The notes beneath the pieces were generated by a model, which was given only the letters and a program-made list of their open reading frames with translations, had not been told where the DNA came from and did no database searches. Position numbers and translations under genes: made by a program. Positions 24,110 through 36,830 of a stretch of 64,000 nt of DNA are shown here, one piece after another. How positions within the stretch are numbered: the stretch's first letter is position 1; every line of letters starts with the position of its first letter. The stretch is from Fistulifera solaris (Eukaryota): positions 2,294,001-2,358,000 of the forward strand of contig AP026162.1 of the NCBI GenBank assembly GCA_030295235.1. Reading direction: 5' to 3'.

Positions 24110-24599
24110 ATGGCTAAGTTCTTACTTCATTGCTTGCTTGTCTCTTATTGCTCGGGCCTGCAACTGCCGCTACCTAGAAAGGCCGATTCGTTTCCGTCGG
24201 CCGTCGCGTCTCCCTCTCCTATGGAACCTCCTGTAAGTCGTCGCGCCATGTTCCAGTCCGCCGGAATCGCATCGGCCGCTCTTTTCGGTATCGCTTCACA
24301 GTCGAATGCCCTTGATATGGACGCGTTCATGAATGCAGAGGTATGTCTAGCACGCAGAACCTGATAGCGATCTTGTCGTCCGCTCACTCTGTATACAGAT
24401 TGAATCTAGCACAAAGAACTGCAATCCGAAAACGGACCCGAAATGTATTCCGAAACTGACTCCGGATGAAGCTCTTTGCAAGTACGGCCAAAGCGGAAAT
24501 GCGAGGGCTGAGGCCTGTAAACGCGTTCGTGCTGCGGGTGGCGACGTTCCGAAACCAGGCTCGCAAGGCAAAAGTTTGGGCGGAGCGTATGCCATGTAA
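24110..24599 (+). CDS. Small plastid (probably thylakoid-lumen) protein with 4 Cys; intron 24341-24398
   Basis: Signal peptide, transit-like region, SRR + hydrophobic stretch + SNA cleavage. Exon 2 reads IESSTKNCNPKTDPKCIPKLTPDEALCKYGQSGNARAEACKRV...GGAYAM*. Confidence 0.75.
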
Positions 24600-24710
24600 A
24601 ATTTATGGAAGCTAAAACGGCCAACGGATCATCACGACAATATTAAATACTTTACAAGTGATCAAAAGGTAACGGGAAAGATTTAAATTATAAAAATCGA
24701 GTTCTTTTTA

Positions 24711-27656
24711 TCACTTCGACTCAGGAGGTATCGACTGTGATTTACGGTCATACTCGACAGGATGTTTGGGTAGAAGTTCAGGCCGTAAAAAAACTGGTAT
24801 ATCCGTCTGAGCGTCCTTCGTTGAGGGTTTTCCTTTCGATGGAGAAGGAGATCGTTTCTCGGAGCCAGTTTGCTGTCTTCCTTGAAGAGATGCTCTGCTA
24901 TCGGGTTGTCGAGGTTTGGAAGGTTGCGTAAATAAACCATGAACACCAGTGATCTTGGAGCTGAATTTGCGCAGCGAACGAAGAGGAACTTTTCTGTTTT
25001 TTTACAGAAGGTGAATCAGGTCGAGTAGCGTTAGATATGCCGACGAGAAAGCTGGGCTGTCTCTGTCCTTTCGTTGAGTTAGTACTTGTTATATTGTGAA
25101 GACTCGGAAGTGGTCGATGGAAAGAGTTCTGCTTTGACGATTGTACTAATGCATTTGTAGATGACCTTGAAGGCTTAGTAACTAAACCGTGGACGCCTGT
25201 GAGCTTTGAAAACGCTTTGCGTAGCTTTCGTAGCGGCACATTTCTTTGAGAGGAAGGGTCTTGCTTTTGTTGGGACTTTCCTCCTTTGTTCGTTTCTGCC
25301 TGCCGTGGCAGCACATTAGTTGCATTCCTTGGCTTGTTGATTGCTTCCGGCTTTTGCTCTGATTGACCACTCATGTAATTCTGGAGTAAATGTGGCATTT
25401 TGGGTTGAAGCGCGTCCTGGTTGGTGCTCGACGCATTCTTCATCGAAGAAGCTCGAGCAGCTTCTACTTTGTCAAGCAGGCTAACTTCCTTTTGTTTTGC
25501 AACGTTCAGATCCTTCTCGAGCTGCGCCGCTTTTTCTTCCGCTTGGCGAAGTTGACTTGTCGTCCGCTGTATCTCCTGCAACAAGGATTCACGCTCGCGT
25601 GCATTCGTACTTGTGAAATTATCCAAAGCATTTTGTAGTTGCAGGAGTTCGTTTTCTTTCGATTGCAAAGCAGAGATTGCGGAATCGGCTTGTTGAGAAA
25701 TCGCCTGCTTGTCTTCTTGTATGGTCGATAACTGAGCTTCTAGATTCTCTTTACTGTCTTCCAGTGATTTGAGCTTCTGCACCAAAGCTTGAAATTCCTC
25801 ATTCGCCACGGACTGACCCTCGACTCTTGCCAGGTTTCCTTGTGTTGTATTGTATGCTTGCTCCAGAGAGAAATACTGCGTTGATAAGAATCCATTCTCG
25901 TCCTGCAAGGTCGCAATCTGCTTCTTCAGTTCGTTTACGTTGTGTTCAAGTTGGCTTTGCGTTCGTTTGATCATATCTCGTTCATTTCGCATATGGTCAT
26001 TCTCAAGCTTCAGCTTACTCCTCGCTTGAATGAGCTCTTCAATCAGCTCACGGAATTCTTCGTGCTCTTTTTGAAGACTGACGACCTCGTCTTCAAGCAA
26101 TTTCCTATTTTCGCTAACCTTTTTGGCGTTGAGTTCCATCTCGAGACATTCTTGTTCTCTGGTTTCGATTTCACGCCTGGCAACAGCGAAATCTCCTAAG
26201 CGTTCCTCAAGCTTACGAACATACGTTCCAATCATGGTAAGATTTGATTCAGTCATCTGGATCGCATCTTCCTTTCCCGGATCGTGGATTGCAGATTCGC
26301 TATCTCTTCGTCATGACATAGAAGCAGCGATTCAATTTCATTCTGCAAGCGCTCGATTTCAACTCTAGCAAACTTCAAATCTTCTGCCATTCGTTGGGTC
26401 TTCGGAGCTTCTTCGCTCATGTCTTTCTTCAATTGCCGCAATGCTGCTTTGAGAACAACTCTGTCTTCCTCAAAAACCCCAATTCTATCATTCAGCTCAT
26501 CCATTATTTCATCCCGAGACTTGACTTGTTCCGCGAGAGCAGTGTTGTTTCTCTGTAAATTCGTGACCGTAGCTTCGAGTTCCTCGACATTCTCTCGTTC
26601 CCGCTGTAACGCCGCTAGAAGCGTTGACCGCGCCTCCTCTCGTAGCGATTCTAAACTTTCATCAACGGGATCGACAATTGAGCCCCATCCGAACAGCCAT
26701 GCGAAGAAACCTCGTTTCTTTCTTGATTTCCGGAGATGATGCGATGTCGTTGACTCCTCATCTTGATCTGCGATTCGATGTCTCTCGACCAGAGTCGAAA
26801 GTTCTTCCGCTTTCAAGGTCATTTTCGTCAACTTTGAACCCAACGCTTCTGATTCATTCCGAAGTCTGGCTACTTGTTCCACGTGCTCACTACATTTTTG
26901 TCGCCATTCCTCTACGCTTCCTTCTAATATAGCTATTTGCTTGCCCATTTCAGTGCAGTTGTTTTGGTACTGCAAGAGATCGTTGCGCTCCTTCGCCATG
27001 GTTGCCTCCGTTTCAATGACACGTTCCGTCAGTACGTCCAGTTGCCGCACATGCAAGTCTTCCCGCTGCTGCATATGAGCCAACTGTGCGGTGATATTGG
27101 CCACATGAGCTCGTAAGCCTTGCTCGCGCTGAAAGGCAATTTCGAGATCGTGCTGCATCCCTTGTATGACATAGTTCGGTGGCTGTAACGGACGGCCTAG
27201 TCCATTTCCGCGATTTTGTTGTTTGAAGGGAATATGTCTAGGTGGCTGCAAAACATGTCCCGGATTTTGTGGCGTAGTCTTAGGTAAGCTTGTTGTCGGC
27301 GGTTGTTGCGAGAACATATTCACATCTTCGGAATTTTGTGTTTGATAGCCCAGCGCTTCATCCAAATCACCCAGTGTATTGACGCCAGTAAATTGCGCAG
27401 GTGGTGGCGGCGGAGGAGGAGGATGAATCTGGGGCAAGCCATTCGGAAGGGGTGGAGGAGGCTTCTGGAGCGAAGGACCGCCCAACCGTGGTTGGTCGTC
27501 CTGTTGGGACGACTCATCATTCCGGGTGGCACCAAAACCAAAAATCGTTGCCGCTCTTCCAATGATAGCAGCATCAATATAAGAGTAATTGGAGGTACAA
27601 ACCCAGAGGTAAAACACCAGAAAGCGTGCGGTAAAACCCTTCATTGGATAATTCAT
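24711..27656 (-). CDS. Large coiled-coil protein with signal peptide and Pro-rich N-terminus; apparent frameshifts near 26273 and 24990-25003
   Basis: ORFs 26253..27671 and 24898..26256 join with one added A (REKEDAIQMTE). A second shift exposes a repeat of the VPLR..RK..SK.TGVHGL motif and ends at the stop at 24711. Confidence 0.7.
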
Positions 27657-28734
27657 TCTTTGTGATCTCAACTAAAATGGAGAAAACCCGCTTCTCCCCA
27701 AAGAAGCCTCTCGTGCTTCCGCTCTTAGTGACAGGGAGATGAGGTAAAATCGAGTGTCACTTCAAATGGCGTCCCCAAGCGAACAGAGGCAAAATAATGA
27801 TTGTAACAATGCTCGAAACATCCATGTGCAATAATTACATTTATTGTCGAAAGCCGGACCATGGTCAACGACACGTGTAAAAAATTCGTTTTCTTAGGAA
27901 CGGATGAAGGTCAAGCGGTCAATCTTTAACTTTAATGGAACACGTAGGGTGGAACCGTGAATGAACAATGAACTGAGGAGGCAGAACAACGACATTCCAA
28001 GTTCGAGAAGTTGGACATCATCGGAACTCGGAACATGGAGCGCACGACGTACGCACGTGTGTGCTAGGTGGTACACATTGTGAATAATGACGTCAGAGTG
28101 TCCTGACACCGAACCGTATCTGTGCGTTCTGTGTTCGATGTCCGTTCACGTCACTACTTGAATTTTGACCAGATAACTATCAATTAAGAAGTAGGAAACA
28201 ACGAATGAAGAAGATTGCTGTTTGGAGATTGGGGAGTACTTTCAATCAGCAATGATTGAGTACCGGATCAACCATGGCTTCTGATTTGAGACGAGCCTTT
28301 CTTATTACTTGTGGGAAATTGTGTTGATGTCGAATGAAAAGTACGACTACGGTCAAAAGGACAATCGTCTATGTCGCATTAAAGTACTGTAAGTTGTTTT
28401 GTAAATGTTTCTACTTGTAATCGTATTGTGATTGCTGATTGGCCACCGCAGACCGCAGCTCGTACACCAAGGCTAATGGTCGTGGAAGAAAAGAATCGGA
28501 AAATTAGAATATCAGCATCACGGTTTAATTGCCGTCTTTTCAACCTTTATAAGCGGTAGTTCATCCAAAAAATGAAAGGGCTCTTAAATCGGAACGCACC
28601 TCTCCGGAGCTGTCCGCCCCTCAGCTCTCCCAGCGCAGCGTGAAAAATAATAGTCGCAGCCAATCCAATTTCACCGCCACCGGCATAACGTCAAAACTCA
28701 TTTGGCAGCCTTTATTGGCCAATCCCCTTTGACC

Positions 28735-31262
28735 ATGGCATCCATCAGCTTCGACTTGGATTTTGGCATCCCAGCAAACACCTCGGCCTTTGCAAGTATT
28801 GCAATGGACGGGGACGAATATGTGAGCTGCAGTCGTTGTGGCCATGGTGGTTGCGATATTCGCGTCTTCGGCTGCGGTTGCACCGTTCATGCGGTACGTA
28901 CTGACGTAGATTTCTACGTGCGGCGGCATCGGGTCGCTGTTTTTTCCTCCGATTCCGACCCGTATCGATGGCTTGATCTTGTTCCTTTAATAGTAAACAA
29001 AGAAACTATTGATTACTTGCTCGCCTGAGACTTGTAAAGCAGTTTGCGCAGCGTTGCGTTTCGAAATTGCGGGCCAAAGTGATCATAATATGCCGACTGT
29101 TGAACCTATCTCTCATCTCTCACAATATCTTTTCCTTTTACATTCATCACTTCTCTATTCTTCAGCGCTGCATGGCTTTGAACCCCAACGGACCCTTGAC
29201 GACTTGTACTTTGTGCCACAAACCCACGAATGGCCTCTATCTCTTCCCCATGTCCTTTCGCGAGATTGATGAAGCGGCCAAGATTGCTTCCTCGTTGCTG
29301 GACGCCAAAGGCCGCGGACGGAAGCGGAAGGGAGCTCCGGAAGACGAGTTTCCGGGAGCCTACTTGACGGAACGCCGCACCGGTCGCTGGACGACGGATG
29401 AGATGGCCTACTGTGACAAGCTCATTGAGAAGTTCGAAAAGGGCGAAGTGCCCATTGAAGACGGCTCCAAGCTGAACGAATTCCTGGGAAACATGCTCAA
29501 GTCGAAGCAATCGCGTCTCACCAAGAAGATGAAAAACGCCAAGCTCTCGACGAGACTCTTCAAGCGTCTTTCCGGTTACATTGAAACCGAAGAAGCTCGT
29601 TTTTTCTCCGAGCTCGAAGAGGCCTTCTACCGTGGTATTACCGACCCCCAGGAACGCGCCGAAATTCGATTCCATATGCAGAAGGAATGGCGTGAGCAGT
29701 TCAGCCGAGTGTGCGCTGCCATTGGGCAGCCCTTGGATGCCGAAGCTTGGCTGAACAGCGTGGAGGAGATGGACCGCCGCGCTGCTCAGGCCAAGAACGC
29801 CGCCCGCGTTGCCAAGCGCAAGTTGATGATGGGCACCGCGTTGCGCTTGGATTCCCGCAACCCGGATTCAGGGGTCTTTATCGAAAAGACCGAAGCCGAG
29901 TCTCGCGTTGTTTCCATGAACGAGCCCGACATGGAACGCGAAATGGCTTCCATGTTCGCCGACGAAAGGGCAATTTCCAGTTTTGAGTTTCTCGATAAAA
30001 CGAGTCTTTTGCACTCCGCCCCCTTTCTCGCGAAAGCGACGACATACATGCAGCGTCATGCTATCCCTTTTGAACATATTGATATTTGGGTGCCGTCTTA
30101 CGTGCCGGCAGAGGGTAGCACGGATGAAGACATGACGTCGTGCCGTCTCTGCTACGCCGGCAGTGCCACCGTCGACAAACTCGTTGACGAAGATGGTAAG
30201 ACCCCCGATTGTTGACTTCGGATGAACAGTTCAATTTTTATGCGTTCGGAGACTACAGTCAAAAGTTTTCTTTTGATGTTGGCTGTGGTCTTCCTGGACG
30301 AGTTTACGAGTCTGGGCGTCCGACGTGGGAGCAAAGCGTACACAAGGCACCTCACAATCACTTTGAACGATGCGGTGGTGCCACCCAATGGGGTATTAAG
30401 ACAGTGATTGGTCTTCCTATTGCTAGTCCCAATGTTGGTCGAATTGTTGTTACGCTTTACTCCTGTTTTGATCGAACGAAAGATGAGGATCTGGTCTCTC
30501 GTCTAACCGAAGAGTTCACGAAAGTAAGTACAATTTAACAGAGAGTTGCTCTCTGAAAACATTCACTCACCCGAACAACTTTCGCAGCTCATGCCTTCTC
30601 CGAAGTGGAAACTTGTAGTTGACATTGGCGAGATTGAAGAGTCTCCTCCTTCGCTTTCTCTGGCTGACAATCTCGTGGAAGAGATTAATGACGTTGCAGA
30701 AATCAAAACAAGCGAGGATCTCAATCTTCTTGCCAACTTTGGCGTGGATACCAGCCTTCCCGTGAGAAACGAATCGCGTGCGGATGGCAGAGATCCAAGA
30801 GTCAACGAGGTAATTGCTCTACTAGGAGAATTCACGCCCTCTGACCCTGGGTCTCCCCTCCAACCCTATCTATCTGGGTTCATGTCTCTCCGCTTGTTGC
30901 TTCTCCGCCAGTCGCGAACTCCCGAGGAAGAAGATCTCGTGAACACGATGCTTGACTCGTTCTCCTCCTACACGTCGGGACGCCGAGAGCGTGCTGACAT
31001 TGCGGTGATGCTTGCCAGGGACTGCATGTTTTTGCTGAGCCAGCAGCTTTCTGTCTCACAGGTACAAAATCACCATTTTCAACAGCAACCATTTCAGAAT
31101 GGACAACCTTTTTTGGGCCATAATGCCCTCTCTGGCCAAGGCTCTAACATTGGGCTTTCGGTTTTTGGTCTGCCGTCCACCAGCTCCAGTCTTCAGAACT
31201 CTCCGGCTCTAACACCAATCCCGGCTCCGGGACCTGATTCGATGTCTATCGTTTCGAACTAA
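28735..31262 (+). CDS. RING-like Zn finger + Myb-like + NLP-type GAF-like protein, paralog A; introns 28894-29165 and 30524-30587; apparent frameshift at the C5 run 30202-30206
   Basis: [24 protein letters not shown]...[27 protein letters not shown]...[17 protein letters not shown]. Colinear with paralog B. Confidence 0.8.
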
Positions 31263-31496
31263 GGTGCTAGTTGCCAAGCTTGTGGGCGGTCATACTTCAT
31301 TTTCATTTTTAAGAGTTCATGCTTTTTGCTTCTAATTTAAAAAGAATTCATTTGTGTTTATCCTATTCTACATGCCTATTTACGTACTGGTACATGTTAT
31401 GTTACGTAGTGGAATGGGTATAGCTCAGGGGCTCAATTGATCATTTTACTACACAATTTAATGTTTCTTTCGGGAATCAGCACCTTGCAAGAAGGC

Positions 31497-33900
31497 TCAG
31501 CCACCATTGTTCTGTGGCCCAACATGGTTTGACATATTCAACGGCTGTATAATTTCGTTGTTTCCTTCAATGGCTTGGGAGAAAGGAGAGTTTATCAAAG
31601 CGTGCAAAGAAGGCGAAACAGCAAACGCTCCATCATTGTTTGAGATTGCCATAATTCCATTCCTAGCAGCAAAGTTGCTCTGCATGTCTGCTCCCTCAGC
31701 TTGGTAGTTCTGAGCCGCGTTTGACTGTAGCATGAGATACTGCGATGTCACCTGTTGCTGTTTCAGTTGTTGCGTAGAAGACACTTGCTGAGATGATTCG
31801 TTCAGATTTTGAAAGTGGGTCATTTGCGACTCTTGGCTTGGCAAGATAGAGCTCCTATGATTCGAATTGTAATTGTACGTGGCTGATTGCGTGTTTGTCG
31901 TGGCGTTATGTATACTATCTTGACGCGACAATTGCATAAAATCCCTGCAGATCATGGAAGCCAACGACTCTTCTGCGTGGCCCGATTGCTTGTATTGCCT
32001 ATAAAGAGACAATGCCCTATCAAGCAACTCATTTTCTCGTTCTGTCCGATTTGGTTTTAGCAGCAAAAGTCGAAGCGAAGTAAAACCAGGCAGTAGCCCT
32101 GCCAGTGGCGAGTTTTTATCGTCAGGCATTTGATTACTAATCAGATCAGCTAGTTCCCGAACATCAGAACCGCTTTCGTAGTCTTCACCCATCGAATCAT
32201 GGGAAGATACCAATCCAACGTCAACAACCAGTTTCCACTTGGGGGATGGCATCAGCTGTTCGTAAAATAGTACATGAGAAGAGGCGAACAGCGGACGGTA
32301 AGATCAATCACCAGTCAAAAATATTTTTACCTTTGCCAGTTCCTCCGAGAGTCGCGAAACAATCAATTCATCTTTTACGCGGTCCAATAGCGAATAAAAT
32401 ACAATGACAACCCGTCCCACGTTAGGACTTGGCACAGGAACTCCTAAAACCGTTTGTATCCCCCATTGAACAGCGCCGCCTTTTCTTTCAAACTGCCCCG
32501 ACGGCGCGCTTTGTATACCTTGTTCCCACGAGGATACCCCGGTCAAATAGACCCTCCCGGGAAGCCCACATCCAACGTCAAACGAAAATTTTTGACTATA
32601 TTCGCCGAATGAAATCAAGTCGAATTGACTTTCGCCAGACAAGGGGACGGGGGATGATTCTCCGGGAGGGATATGGTAGTCCGCGGTGCCGCATCCGGCA
32701 AAACACAACCGACATTTCCCCCCGCTCTCATCCTCCGGCATTTGCGAAACAAACGATGGCACCCAAATATCCACATGCTCAAAAGGAATATTCGTCCGTT
32801 GCATATAATCGACTACTTTGCCAATGAATGGAGACGAGAAGTGTCGCGGAGGTTTGAGTTTCGACGCACAAAATCGTGGCTTCCTTCTCTTGTACCCGTC
32901 CGTGTCACTGTCGGAAACGTTGCTCGAAACCGAAGCACTCGGATCAATTTTGATTCCGGACGTTTTGTGAGGATCAATAAACACTCCAATGGATGGATTG
33001 ATGGCGTCTTCGCGCAAAGCCTGCCCCATCATGACTTTCCGTCTCGCGATACGCGCGGCATTTTTGTGTCGCGTGTTGCGACGATCGAGTTCCTCGGCAC
33101 TGTGCAACCATTCGTTGGCATCAATGACGTGTCCAATATTGACGCAATACGCACTAAATGCTTCTCTCCATTCCTTTTGCATGTGAAACCGGATTTCGGA
33201 GCGTTCCATATTGCACGATATTGAAGCATAGAATTCTGTTTCTAATACAGAAAATTCGCGGGCATCCTCGTCCCGTAAAATATACCCCAACGATCGTTTG
33301 TATTGTTTGGACGACAGCTTGGCGTTTTTCATTTTCTTCGTCAGACGGGATTGTTTACTCTTGAGCATATTCGCGAGAAAATCATTCAATTTAATACCAT
33401 CGGGAATCGGTAACGCCCCCTGCTCAAAGTGTTCGACGAGTTTGTCGCAGTACGCCGTTTCTTCCGGCGTCCATCGTCCGATCCGTAGTTCCGACCCATC
33501 GGCTTCCATCGAACTGAGACGAGAAATGGTGGCGTTTTTTCGTTTTTTTCCTCTTTTATCGGAGAGCGCACTATTCGCTGCCTCAACTTGGGCTTGATCG
33601 ATTTCCGCAAACGTCATGGGCAATAATAAAATCGAGCGGGCGGGCTTGAAACACAGAGGACACGAAAGAAACGGTCTTCCTTCCGTTAAAGCGAAACATC
33701 GCTGTGAAAGTATCCAGTGAGTTTTTTCTTGGCAGTCAACACAAGTTTTCTCAGCAGATCGAGAGACGCACCGTATGAAAACAACAACCACAATCGAGCA
33801 CTTTCAAATCACATCCTCCCATCGAGCATCTTTTACAGCAACAGCAACTTTGGCCCAGCGGGGCTTGACTACAAACGGGAACGGAGCAATTTGTCGTCAT
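31497..33900 (-). CDS. RING-like Zn finger + Myb-like + NLP-type GAF-like protein, paralog B; introns 33702-33771 and 32256-32330
   Basis: CKRCSMGGCDLKVLDCGCCFHT|RC...CPLC; RIGRWTPEETAYCDKLV; VDIWVP...[30 protein letters not shown]. Confidence 0.8.
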
Positions 33901-34401
33901 TATTATTTTTTATTCAAGCGGAGAAAGGATCATGGACGCAACGAAGTATTTTTATATCAACAGTTTTTCGTGTTGCCCTCTGGGAAAGGAATCATGGTGG
34001 TAAATACTGCGCGTCGTGATAAACGCTCCATGTGTGTGTTCGCTTCGTCGCGTCGAGCGGGTGGCGGACAAAGGACAAAGGTGACGAAAAGCTGACAGCT
34101 TATTCTTTTCGCTTTTGTGTAAAAACGGTACTAAATGACTATCGTACCACTGTAGGTAAGTGCCGATATGACAGTGAGTGTCTAAGAAAATGCAGAAGTA
34201 GAAGAGCTTGTTTCGCGCATAATACAACTGAGTACCGGATTCACGGAGACTGCAAACGATGATCGTCAAAATAGATCGACCATGAACCATGAACGATCAC
34301 AATGACAAACACCTGTCTGCCGCGCACCCAATTTTAAGAGGCTCGTATAGCAGCACAGCAACATTCCTCTACAAAATCGAATACATTTCGCAACGCTCAA
34401 C

Positions 34402-35130
34402 ATGGCGATGAAATCAAAAGAACAGACAGCAATCCATTATCGAAAGAGATTGGAAGGTGTCAAGCCGACACCGGAATTGCTCGAATTGCTCGAGCGATCG
34501 TTACAACGAGCGCCGTCAAACAATGCTCTTCGAGAACGCAAGGATCAATGGATACCGATTCCGCTTCTTCGAGCCATGCAACAAGTACTCGAGCCGCACG
34601 ATCGTGAACGCTTGGAACAAGCCTTGCAGCAAACCTCCTTGGTGTTTACTCCGAAACCTCCTCCGCCGACGACATTGACCAAGGAACAGGAAGAATACCG
34701 AAAGCGACTCGAACGACTGGCCTTGCAGCACGAGGAACGAAGATACACCGAATTGACTTCGAATGTCAACAAGGCCCCCGCACAGGACGATGTGACGACC
34801 CGTTCCATGACGTACGCCGCTTCGGTGGGTTTGAATATGATCATTGCCCCCTTGTCGTTTGGATGTTTCATGTACTTTTTCGCCGGAGGTTTACTGGATT
34901 ACTTTCTCGAAAGCGATTCTTCCAAGTCGGATAGGAAGCGGGTGATCATCGGTGTCGTTTCCGGAGTGATCATGCTCTTTATCGAAATGTTGCTGTTCGT
35001 GATTCGAACCCATGAAATGGACGAGGCGATGCGCAAGAAATCGAAACGCGCAACTCAAACCCAAGTTCCTTTTAGTCAGTATACGTCCGAAACGAAAAAG
35101 ACGTTTGTGGAAGAGAAAAAATTGAGATAA
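34402..35130 (+). CDS. V-ATPase assembly factor Vma12/TMEM199-like
   Basis: PKPPP...EYRKRLERL...EERRY..LT.NV followed by two TM segments ending in IEMLLFVIR. Confidence 0.75.
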   Translation: MAMKSKEQTAIHYRKRLEGVKPTPELLELLERSLQRAPSNNALRERKDQWIPIPLLRAMQQVLEPHDRERLEQALQQTSLVFTPKPPPPTTLTKEQEEYRKRLERLALQHEERRYTELTSNVNKAPAQDDVTTRSMTYAASVGLNMIIAPLSFGCFMYFFAGGLLDYFLESDSSKSDRKRVIIGVVSGVIMLFIEMLLFVIRTHEMDEAMRKKSKRATQTQVPFSQYTSETKKTFVEEKKLR

Positions 35131-35161
35131 TTGTGTCACTAAGCATCTCTTACTATATTCA

Positions 35162-36830
35162 TTAATACTTCATTGCTTTGATATCACCCATTTGGAAGAA
35201 CTCCACGCGTTGCTCCTCGTTCATGCTGTCATCATCATCGTCGTCGAGACGTTTGCGATGCAAGCTGGGACGATACAGGGCGTAACTATCGCTGTGAGCC
35301 AAAGACCCCGGATGCACCACGTCGACATTCCCGTACACTTCCTCAAAATGTTCACCATCACTTCCACCCAGCACCAGCGTATCCGGAAGTGGATACAGTT
35401 GCAACGCGTGATCGTAGTTCCAAAAAATTGGCACACCGGCAACCGGACACAAGTGACCTTGATCCAAAATCGTTTTGACCATGCGACAATGCGGTAAACG
35501 CATGCGTTCGTTTGTTTCGATCTCGGAGGGCAAGCGGAGTTGACGTTGCTGCAACAAGTGCAGGATGTTATGATTGAAAACTACCATTTCACGTCCGCCC
35601 CATATAATGCGACAGGGATTACTGGTGCAATGCAAGTGGCGAATGCGGTGTGGCGGAGGTTTCAAGGGTTGGAGCGGCAATACATTGGAAAAGGCCACAT
35701 CCCCGGGACCGGGGACGACACAAAAGTGCGCCGACCGCGCCAATAGAGGAAATTTTTCAATGAGCGCCACAAGGTCGAGTAACGCCTGCTTGGTACCGGA
35801 CAGTCCCGTTGTGGAGAAATTGCCCATCAGCACGAACATGGGATAGTTCGTAGTAGTCGACTGGTTCTCAAAGGTAGTAAAGATGCTCTCCAAATGAAGC
35901 AATACATTCGGTCGATCCAATTCGACATGCGATAATAACACAAATTCACCCAGCGCCGCAGTGTTGGACGACGCTTTACGATAAAACGGATGTGACAACT
36001 GTTGGCGGATCGCCGCAAGGGATTCCTTCCGTTCCTCCAACAACGGATGTCCCAAACGGTGTACGATGAGAGTATCCTCATGAAACGTCCCTTCCACGAG
36101 CAAGATACAATGTTCCGTAACATAAAATTCATCTACCACGGATGCTTGTTGTAACGATAAAGGAACTTGTCCTGTCGGATCTTCCAAATAATACCGTCCT
36201 TCTTCTACCTGCACTAAAACGCCCAACAACAGGACCGCCGAGGTCGATGCTTTGCCGAGCAGACTTTCAATGGGCGTCAATTTGGCCTGCGCATGATTGT
36301 GAAGCAAATCCGTCGGACGAAAGAGTTCATGACGCAGTATCCGTTGTTGGGCCAGGTAATATCTTCGTTCCAGCATGTTTGTCTAAGAAAATCGCACGTA
36401 AAAATGTCAGGTAAACTGCGGTCGTAATAAGTATGCGTTTTCTTTTCTTATAGCACAGAATGAGTCGTACCTTATCTTCGGCTTCCCCAAACAACGACCA
36501 GCGCGACTCTTCGACTTGAAACTGTTTACGGGTCGGTCTGTAAACAAGTCGGGGCGTCCGGAACGCACTGATGACCTCGAGATCCGGAAACGGATTTTTT
36601 GCAGGAAGCATGACTTCGTCGCGTGTGTCTTTTACTAATGCATCGGCAACTTGTTGCCAGATGGCTTCGGTGACCGTTGTATTTCCCGACATATGCGTGG
36701 AAACAAATTCGAACAGCGCCTCCAAGTCGTCTGCGTCATCACTCAACAGCCGTTCGATTCCTTCCAAGGCGGCAGGATGCAACATCCATCCACGCTGTTT
36801 TGCCGCACGAACAATGTGTCTTCGGTTCAT
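35162..36830 (-). CDS. POLE2: DNA polymerase epsilon subunit 2 (DPB2); intron 36383-36470
   Basis: LTPIESLLG, YYLEDPTG, FVLMGNF, VPGPGD, TSNPCRI, KTILDQGHLCP, WNYDHALQLYPLPD. Confidence 0.92.
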
